The notes beneath the pieces are model-generated. The model saw only the letters and a list, made by a program, of their open reading frames with translations, ran no database searches and had not been told where the DNA came from. 62,836 nt of DNA from a virus (lineage: Duplodnaviria; Caudoviricetes): the IMG/VR virus record IMGVR_UViG_3300002026_000067, positions 1 to 62,836 of that record; one strand, given 5' to 3'. The position numbers and the translations under genes were made by a program. The number at the start of each line of letters is the position of its first letter. The stretch's first letter is position 1. This document shows positions 50,311-57,819 of the stretch, one piece after another.

Positions 50311-51306
50311 GTGTTAACAGCTAAATTTTTACAATTTATAACACAGGAAAACGATCTAACCTCTGACACGGTTAGAGGAACTGTTTGGTCCTGGGCTATA
50401 TCTAATAAAAACGGTTATCATACGATGTTGGCTCATAATTCTAAATTGTGTGAATTAAATGCTATAATTATGTCATATTATGGAACAACGCGGCAAGAAA
50501 AATTATTTAATTTTACTCATAACACGGTCAATCCTAAATGTGAGCATTGCAGTTCAGTAGATGTCCATTTAGTTAATGGTTCTGCGTTTAATGGTTGGGA
50601 TCATTTTTGTTGTAATCGTTGTGCTAAAAGTAGTGAAATGAATAAGCATAATTATATGGAAACCTGTTTAAGTAGATACGGTATGCACGTAGCTAAAACG
50701 CCGCAATATCGTAAAAAATATAAAGAAACCTGGCTTAAAAACGAAGATAAAAACAGAGTTGCTATTGAAAAATCAAAAATAACTAGACGTGAAACGTGTT
50801 TAGTTCGATATGGTGCTACTAATGCATGGGGTAACACTGAAGTTCAAGCAAAAGCTCAAAAATCAGCTAATACCAGTATGCATAAATATAAATTATGGAT
50901 ATCACCAAATGGTAAAGAATATCAAGTACGCGGATATGAACCTTTGGCTATTACTCTATTGTTAAATTCAGGTTTAGATGAAAATGATATATTAGCAGAT
51001 GATTTTAATACGCCCGTTATTAAATGGGTCGACGGAGTAAATGATTTTATCAGATCTTATCACCCAGATATTTACATTAAACCACTTAATACATTGATTG
51101 AGGTTAAAAGCACGTATTGGTTTATGCGGCAACCTGATAAATGTAAAAAAACGCTGATGGCCGCACAATCAGCTGGATATAAAATGGAAATATGGGTATT
51201 TAATGGTCAAAACGAACTATTATCAAAAATTGACTGTGTAAATAAGATTGACACGGTGATATCGATTATCAAGGAGAAAAGCAATGCAAAATGCGTTAAT
51301 TACTAA
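50311..51306 (+). CDS. Putative homing endonuclease (zinc finger, ETCL.RYG repeats, PD-(D/E)XK domain)
   Basis: CEHC...CCNRC, ETCLSRYG and ETCLVRYG, YHPDIY...LIEVKS; overlaps the start of the next gene. Confidence 0.7.
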   Translation: MLTAKFLQFITQENDLTSDTVRGTVWSWAISNKNGYHTMLAHNSKLCELNAIIMSYYGTTRQEKLFNFTHNTVNPKCEHCSSVDVHLVNGSAFNGWDHFCCNRCAKSSEMNKHNYMETCLSRYGMHVAKTPQYRKKYKETWLKNEDKNRVAIEKSKITRRETCLVRYGATNAWGNTEVQAKAQKSANTSMHKYKLWISPNGKEYQVRGYEPLAITLLLNSGLDENDILADDFNTPVIKWVDGVNDFIRSYHPDIYIKPLNTLIEVKSTYWFMRQPDKCKKTLMAAQSAGYKMEIWVFNGQNELLSKIDCVNKIDTVISIIKEKSNAKCVNY

Positions 51307-52000
51307 GGTTGTTGGCAAAGTACATATTTCTGATGCAAAAACAGGTGAAGTGATTTTAGACAATTTTAACAGTGTTCATCCACGTAATATGGCATTGGCT
51401 ATTGCTCGTGGGCTTGCGCATTCAACAAAATCGTCATCTATCTTTCGTCTTGCATTAGGCAATGGCGGCACCCATCTGTCATCTAACAGTTTAGTTTATA
51501 TGACACCTAATACAACGGCAGTTCCTGGTTCTTTGTATCACGAAACCTGGGCTGAAGTCATTGATGATAATGATGTGGTTGGTGGACATTGGGTTAATAC
51601 AAACTCTCTGGTTACCCAATTGCATTCATGGGACGCAACCGCCGGCAATTATGTTGCTGAAGCTCAAGGACCAGGCATTTCTTCGACTATCACCTGTGTT
51701 ATGCACTTAACAGCTGACGAACCTGCTGGTCAGCGCACATCAGATGGTGCAATCACAACGAATGATTCAACATTTAATCCTGACTTAGTTAATCCAGCTA
51801 ATCCAGAAGATGCAGCAAATTATGCTACTTCATCACCTTATGTGTTTGATGAGTTAGGTTTATTCTTAAATGGTGATCCTACTGCAGTAACATCAGATGA
51901 TAAACCAATGTTGCTAACACATATCGTATTTAGCCCGATTGAAAAATCGAGTAATAGAGAACTTATTATTACCTATACATTAACAATCACAGTTAGTTAA
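51284..52000 (+). CDS. Virion structural protein (baseplate or tail-collar-like)
   Basis: SD AAGGAG; ALGNGGT, FDELGLF and THIVFSPIEKS.NR...I.YTL motifs. Confidence 0.6.
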   Translation: MQNALITKVVGKVHISDAKTGEVILDNFNSVHPRNMALAIARGLAHSTKSSSIFRLALGNGGTHLSSNSLVYMTPNTTAVPGSLYHETWAEVIDDNDVVGGHWVNTNSLVTQLHSWDATAGNYVAEAQGPGISSTITCVMHLTADEPAGQRTSDGAITTNDSTFNPDLVNPANPEDAANYATSSPYVFDELGLFLNGDPTAVTSDDKPMLLTHIVFSPIEKSSNRELIITYTLTITVS

Positions 52001-52020
52001 CACATCATTTTTTATCCTTT

Positions 52021-52061
52021 AAAGAAATCATCAATATATAGATTATGTTGATGATTTCTTT
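52021..52061 (+). promoter_or_regulatory. Hairpin abutting the RBS of the Hef-like gene (terminator or translational control)
   Basis: AAAGAAATCATCAA/TTGATGATTTCTTT 14-bp stem ending just before GGGG and ATG 52070. Confidence 0.5.
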
Positions 52062-52069
52062 GGGGTATT

Positions 52070-53767
52070 ATGAAACAAAAATTGTTAAAATATGGCTTTC
52101 TTGCTAAAGATGGTACAAAACTAAATCCTAATATCAGACACGCTATTATGCGTAACCCTGAGTTTTATACTGAAATTGAAAACACGACATCTTTTCTAGT
52201 AAATCCCACATCACAAGAGCGGGTATATTGTATTCTGTATAATATCACTGAAACACCAATATGTGTAGCGTGTGGCAAGGTTATAAAATTTAAGTTAGGA
52301 TATGCAAAATGCTGTTCTTTAAAATGTAATATTGTTTATGAAAAGAACACACTAGACATCACAACAGGTAAAACACTGTATCAACTAAGAAAAGAAAAAG
52401 TAATATTAAGCAATAAGAAAATAGGAATTGATGGTTTATCCGGGTACGAACGAGGTTCCCGTAAGGGTGCAGATATAAGAGCAACACAGCTAGTTGATGG
52501 TAAAACCGGACAAGAGATAGCTACAAATAAAGCATTAAGCACAAAAGCGTTAATCGGTTTAGATGGTAAAACTGGGCATCAACGGTCTAATGAGAAGATG
52601 GTTAAAACTTCGCGTAAACTTGGTAGTTTTGAAAGAGCTAAATATAAACGCAAAAATACCATGCTTACAACCTTTATTGATGGAAAATCAATAGAACAAA
52701 TTAGACACGAAAATGCTGCACTGTCTAGATTTACTAACATCATAGACACGAAAATTAAATTACTGAGTGCTGATTATGACATAGTAGATCGAGCTGAATA
52801 TTTTGAGACAAGAACATCATCATGGAAATGTAAAAAATGCAGCGACATTATAGCTAACCATAGTTTTTATAATGGACAAAATCCACGATGTCCAAGATGT
52901 TTTCCTCCTGTGCAATCACAACCTCAAGAGGATATTTTTAATCTATTATCACAATATGCGACCGTTATCAGAAATACTCGATCAGTATTAAAAGGTTTAG
53001 AATTAGACTTATATATTCCTGACAACAAATTAGCTATAGAATTTAATGGCGTTTACTGGCATAGTGATAAATTTTTAGATGCTAACTATCATTTAAATAA
53101 AACACTCGAATGTGAAAAATTAGGTATCACGTTAATTCACGTGTTTGAAGATGAATGGGTAAATAAACGGGATATCGTAAAGTCGAGATTATTACATATT
53201 CTCGGTGTTACATCAACAAAACTGTATGCTAGAAAATGTGAAATTATTGAGTTGCTAACTAGTGAAAAAGATATATTTTTAGATGATAACCATATTCAGG
53301 GACACGATATATCTAAACTGAAATATGGTTTAAAATATGAAAATGAGTTAGTTGCAGTTATGACGTTTGGTAAACCTCGCTTTAATAAAAATTACGAATG
53401 GGAATTGATTCGTTATGCATCACGTAAAGATACGAGCGTTATCGGCGGCGCAGCGAAATTAATGTCACACTTTATTAAGCAAATTAAACCTAAATCAATT
53501 ATAAGTTATGCTGATCGTAGATGGTCTTCTGGTAAGCTGTATTATAAGCTAAAATTTGCGTTGCTAAATAAAACATTGCCAGGATACACCTATCTAGTAA
53601 AAGGCCGTCGTGAAAATAGAATGAAATACCAAAAACACAACTTGAAAAAACTTTTGCCCAATTTTAGTGTATCACTTAGTGAAAGTGAAAATATGCGTGA
53701 TGCTGGATTTTATCGAATTTATGATTGTGGTAATCTTGTATTTACATGGCAATCAGAAACACAATAA
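52070..53767 (+). CDS. Hef-like homing endonuclease (zinc ribbons, Vsr-like nuclease, C-terminal Hef-type domain)
   Basis: ELDLYIP..KLAIEFNGVYWHS, IHVFEDEW, KLYARKC, GGA.KL..F, SYADRRWS.G and IYDCG. Confidence 0.8.
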   Translation: MKQKLLKYGFLAKDGTKLNPNIRHAIMRNPEFYTEIENTTSFLVNPTSQERVYCILYNITETPICVACGKVIKFKLGYAKCCSLKCNIVYEKNTLDITTGKTLYQLRKEKVILSNKKIGIDGLSGYERGSRKGADIRATQLVDGKTGQEIATNKALSTKALIGLDGKTGHQRSNEKMVKTSRKLGSFERAKYKRKNTMLTTFIDGKSIEQIRHENAALSRFTNIIDTKIKLLSADYDIVDRAEYFETRTSSWKCKKCSDIIANHSFYNGQNPRCPRCFPPVQSQPQEDIFNLLSQYATVIRNTRSVLKGLELDLYIPDNKLAIEFNGVYWHSDKFLDANYHLNKTLECEKLGITLIHVFEDEWVNKRDIVKSRLLHILGVTSTKLYARKCEIIELLTSEKDIFLDDNHIQGHDISKLKYGLKYENELVAVMTFGKPRFNKNYEWELIRYASRKDTSVIGGAAKLMSHFIKQIKPKSIISYADRRWSSGKLYYKLKFALLNKTLPGYTYLVKGRRENRMKYQKHNLKKLLPNFSVSLSESENMRDAGFYRIYDCGNLVFTWQSETQ

Positions 53768-53800
53768 ATAACATATCAAGAAAATATTTTGGATCCAAGT

Positions 53801-54727
53801 ATGTTAGTTAAAGAACTTTTTGAAGCGAAAGCAAAGCGAGTGCCTCATGGCGCTCATCGCTTTCGTGAAACCAAAGAAGATATAGTTGCATGGCTTTATG
53901 AAATGGGAATTAAAAACCATTCATATCGTAATGGTCCAAATGGAATAGTTGTAGATATTGATGGAAATGTAAATCTAAATAGAAAGAATCTACATTATAT
54001 CCCAGTTCAGTTTGGTGTTGTTAAAGGATCATTTAGTTGTAGTGGTAATCCTGAATTAGAAACATTAAAAGGTGCACCTACAGAGGTAACAGGAAAGTTT
54101 TCTTGCTCAGATAATCCAGCATTAACAAGTTTAGAATATTCACCTGTTAAAGTAGGTGGGTTATTCAATGCTAGACAATGTCCATTAACGGATTTAACTG
54201 GTTCACCTAAGTATGTCGGTGGTAATTTCAACGTATATAAATGTAGTCTTAAAAGTCTTAACGGTGCTCCTGATTATGTTGGTGGTGATTTTGCAATTTA
54301 CCATAACAGACTAACTAATTTAGAAGGTTCTCCAAAAATAGTTAACGGTGGTTATTCAGCACAATTTAACAAATTGACATCATTAGCTGGCATTACACCT
54401 GAAATAGGTAAAGACTTATACCTTGGAGATAACCGTTTAACCTCGTTCAAGGGTATAAATAAACTAATCAAGAAGATGAATGGTGTTATCAACATTTCTG
54501 GCAATTATTTAATTAAGGAATGTTTGGTGCCATTGATGTTAGTGAATGGCCTTGTTAGAATTGATGCTAATACTCATAAAAACGGATCAACACTCGATGA
54601 TCCTGATATGTCAAAAGAGTTAATAACTGCATTACGTATTTTAATTCAGTTTAAATCACGAAATGATGTAATGCGAATTCAAACTGAAATGATTGAAGCA
54701 GGACTTGATGACTTTGCAAAAAATTAA
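53801..54727 (+). CDS. LRR-like EYAKL-family protein (member 6, longest repeat array)
   Basis: MLVKELFEA; about seven 22-aa L.SL.G.P..V.G.F repeats; VMRIQTEMIEAGLDDFAKN; AATAAATA at 53763-53770. Confidence 0.8.
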   Translation: MLVKELFEAKAKRVPHGAHRFRETKEDIVAWLYEMGIKNHSYRNGPNGIVVDIDGNVNLNRKNLHYIPVQFGVVKGSFSCSGNPELETLKGAPTEVTGKFSCSDNPALTSLEYSPVKVGGLFNARQCPLTDLTGSPKYVGGNFNVYKCSLKSLNGAPDYVGGDFAIYHNRLTNLEGSPKIVNGGYSAQFNKLTSLAGITPEIGKDLYLGDNRLTSFKGINKLIKKMNGVINISGNYLIKECLVPLMLVNGLVRIDANTHKNGSTLDDPDMSKELITALRILIQFKSRNDVMRIQTEMIEAGLDDFAKN

Positions 54728-54736
54728 AGGCGTATT

Positions 54737-55330
54737 ATGAAACTTATGAATATTGTTGAAGCCTTAACTTATAAACAGGATTTAGTATTGAAGATTGATA
54801 CAACAAGTAATGGTGGAACACAATACAGTTCAAAATTCAGCATTGATGGTGAGAATTTTGAACTGTATTTTAATCTTTGGGAAATAACACTGGTTAATAT
54901 TGTTTGCGACATGGCAGAATTTGGATATAAACGTATCCCTACTGATGGAACAGACCCTACTCAAAAAAGAACGCCTTCTAAAGTTTCAAGTAAAGTGCAT
55001 GGTTTAGTTTTACACGCTATGCTTGATTTTGTACAGAAGCACCATGTTAAGGTTTTAGTGTTTTCTGCTAAACGGGATAATGATGATAGTGAAGTTGCAT
55101 TTGATACCAGATCAATGATTTATGACAGAATAGCAACTAGACTAATGTCTTTATTAGGTATGTCATTAGTTAATGATAGAGATTTTTCTGAATATATTAA
55201 AAGACGTAAATTAACAGCTATTAAAAATTTAGTTGGCCGACATTGGTTATTAACTCGTAACTTAACATCAGACCAACAAGAAGCTTTAGCTCAATTTGTT
55301 AAAAATTTAGTATTGGTGCCAAACTTATGA
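54737..55330 (+). CDS. Hypothetical protein, paralog of 13922-14434
   Basis: VLVFSA...RSMIY...LTSDQQEALA. Confidence 0.7.
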   Translation: MKLMNIVEALTYKQDLVLKIDTTSNGGTQYSSKFSIDGENFELYFNLWEITLVNIVCDMAEFGYKRIPTDGTDPTQKRTPSKVSSKVHGLVLHAMLDFVQKHHVKVLVFSAKRDNDDSEVAFDTRSMIYDRIATRLMSLLGMSLVNDRDFSEYIKRRKLTAIKNLVGRHWLLTRNLTSDQQEALAQFVKNLVLVPNL

Positions 55331-56289
55331 AATTACAATTTCGTCACGGGCTGGTACGCTGGCAAACGGACATTTCAGGAACACAGTCTTTTCTACAAAA
55401 GTCTAGTCTTTCTGGTGATTACATTAATCTAATCATTAGTCCTGATCCAACAATTTTTACTGTTGCTCATGGTCGTGCTGATTACTTAATTGAAGAAACA
55501 AAGACCGTTGTGAATGCTTGGGGACCATTTCAAGCTGTTGGTCAAACTCAGTATCTTTACTGGGATGTAAATGTGCTTGACGGCACTGTTACCCGAAACT
55601 ATACCATTATTCCACCGTCTCATGGTCCAGTAGAACCAATCAATCCTGTTAATGATCAGCATTGGTTTGACACCATTAACTTCTTTATGAAGGTGTGGAA
55701 TGGTACAAAATGGATCATTAAGGTTAGAATTTTTGCAGCAATCTATAATCAAAATGCTGTTATTATTCCATTACAGGCCACATTTGGCTCACAGGTTAAT
55801 TTAAATACCACGTGTTCTGCAGGGCACATCATTCTCAATGATGTCGGTAATCCATTGCGTGATCGTGATGGTGCATTGTTAACAACAGAAAGTTCATTGT
55901 TAGTTAACAGATCAGCAACTTCACCTATCATATTAGAATCAGCTATTATCCATGTTGAAGCAATGGAGCACGTTCCAGCTTATTATTTAGTATCATTTGT
56001 AGCCAACAAAAAAGCGGTTCTTGCATCAAGTGCAAGAATTGACAGGCAAGTTGCAGGTATCGTGATAGAAGATATGTACCAAGGTGAAATACGCAGAGTT
56101 GTAATCAATGGTAATGTAACAAATGAGCAATGGAATTGGCCAGATGCAACAATAGGCCGACCGGTATTTTGTGGTTTAACTGGCGAAGTTACTCTGGTTT
56201 CTCCAATTGCCGGCGTAAGTCAACAGGTTGGTTTAGTATTTGACCACCACACCATCACCTTCAATATAATGCAAGCTATCAAGAGGTAA
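55327..56289 (+). CDS. Virion structural or fibre-associated protein
   Basis: Late module; WFDT..MKVWNGTKW motif and a C-terminal G.PVF....G.V.....QQVG domain. Confidence 0.55.
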   Translation: MKLQFRHGLVRWQTDISGTQSFLQKSSLSGDYINLIISPDPTIFTVAHGRADYLIEETKTVVNAWGPFQAVGQTQYLYWDVNVLDGTVTRNYTIIPPSHGPVEPINPVNDQHWFDTINFFMKVWNGTKWIIKVRIFAAIYNQNAVIIPLQATFGSQVNLNTTCSAGHIILNDVGNPLRDRDGALLTTESSLLVNRSATSPIILESAIIHVEAMEHVPAYYLVSFVANKKAVLASSARIDRQVAGIVIEDMYQGEIRRVVINGNVTNEQWNWPDATIGRPVFCGLTGEVTLVSPIAGVSQQVGLVFDHHTITFNIMQAIKR

Positions 56290-56292
56290 GTT

Positions 56293-57462
56293 ATGTCAGA
56301 TGTGAAAAAACCTATTTTCCTAGATGTTGATGGCCTATTAGCTTCACTGCCTGATGGCGCACTAATTAATGCCGGTGGTACTTCTAATTCATCATTTACT
56401 GTTGGTGGTAGAGGACTGCTTTTCGATGATGGTTCATCGACTGGTGGGTCTACTAATAGCAGCATTATTACATTACAGCAAGCATATAACAGTTCATCGA
56501 ATTCACAAGGCGTAGCTGCAATAACGCTCACTGGTACTAAAGACCTTGTAGTATTTGATAATGATAATAGTTCTGTCTTCTTTAAAATTGATGCTGCCAC
56601 AGGCGCAGTAACAATCACTGGTGATTTATACGTACAAGGCTCACAAACTACTGTAAACAGCGCAGTGATTGACAGTGACCATATGTTGTTAACGACATCG
56701 TCGCCACTACGTTCTGCATTAATCATTGAACCTGATCAAGGTGTTATTCCTGTTGCCGATATTATGGTCATTAGAAATGTATCTAATGGTCAACCTGTTT
56801 TCAAAATTGATGCATATGGTAAATCAACTGCTGCTAATTTAGATGTGACAGGTAATCTGAATGTAGGCAATCTGATCAACGGCATTAATCTTGTTCAGTT
56901 TTATGCTTCATATCAAGCTCACTTAACCGCAAGTGCCACATTAAAACATACAGCAATTGAAATCAGTGTAGCATCTAATTCAATTAACATTGGAACTGCA
57001 ACAACACCAGTATATGCTGGAAATGTTCAAACCGCACTAGCTGGATTAGCAACACGAATTGATACTTTGATTCTATCTGGCGCAGGTCAACCTGGTCCTG
57101 CTGGTCCTGCTGGTCCTGCTGGTCCTCAAGGCCCTGTTGGTCCCCGTGGTCTTCCTGGTATTCAAGGTGATAAGGGTGACAAAGGTGACAAAGGTGATCA
57201 AGGACCTAAAGGTGATAAGGGCGATCAGGGTATTCAAGGACCTCCAGGTTTTGTTATTATTGTACATAACCAATCTGTTCCTGCTATTACCTGGACAATT
57301 GCACATCCATCAGCACCAATAGTTATGGTTCAAGTATTCGATGTCACCGGTAAAATGATGTTACCATTAGATATTGATATCTCTGATCCGTTGAATGTAT
57401 TAGTATCATTCGGTGATGAAGGTGTAGCAGGAAAAGCAATTGTAGCAGTTCCAGGATACTAA
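56293..57462 (+). CDS. Collagen-like tail fibre protein
   Basis: About 18 Gly-X-Y triplets (57085-57249) and a C-terminal WTIAH..P.V.VFD domain. Confidence 0.75.
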   Translation: MSDVKKPIFLDVDGLLASLPDGALINAGGTSNSSFTVGGRGLLFDDGSSTGGSTNSSIITLQQAYNSSSNSQGVAAITLTGTKDLVVFDNDNSSVFFKIDAATGAVTITGDLYVQGSQTTVNSAVIDSDHMLLTTSSPLRSALIIEPDQGVIPVADIMVIRNVSNGQPVFKIDAYGKSTAANLDVTGNLNVGNLINGINLVQFYASYQAHLTASATLKHTAIEISVASNSINIGTATTPVYAGNVQTALAGLATRIDTLILSGAGQPGPAGPAGPAGPQGPVGPRGLPGIQGDKGDKGDKGDQGPKGDKGDQGIQGPPGFVIIVHNQSVPAITWTIAHPSAPIVMVQVFDVTGKMMLPLDIDISDPLNVLVSFGDEGVAGKAIVAVPGY

Positions 57463-57551
57463 AACTATTACGTAGATAATAGTGAAAAAATGTGCTGACA
57501 TTGAGATAGTGAATAAATAATGCTGTATGCAACAATTTGAAACATTATAAA

Positions 57552-57818
57552 ATGAAAAACACATATTCCACACAAGATATTGTTCTCGCAGCAGCATTAA
57601 AAGTGCTCGGGTTTAAAATGAGTCATATTGACAAGGTGGGCAACAAAGGTACTTTCTTTTTTATTGACGTAGATCAAACAGTTTTACAAGATTTTGATCT
57701 TGGCAATTTAAAAGTAGAACCAATTGCTTTCAATATGGCAATTAAAGCATTGACGACTGCCACACGTCGTCAATGCTTTAATACATCTATCATCGTTTCA
57801 TCACAAAAGGAAAATTAA
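57552..57818 (+). CDS. Small DUF5659-like protein
   Basis: YSTQDIVLAAAL...GF....DK.....F.F pattern; AATAAATA at 57512-57519. Confidence 0.55.
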   Translation: MKNTYSTQDIVLAAALKVLGFKMSHIDKVGNKGTFFFIDVDQTVLQDFDLGNLKVEPIAFNMAIKALTTATRRQCFNTSIIVSSQKEN

Positions 57819-57819
57819 T

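Noticed and set aside
57091-57126. 9-bp tandem repeat (GGTCCTGCT) as a contingency locus
   Set aside because: Explained by collagen Gly-Pro-Ala coding; the unit length preserves the reading frame.
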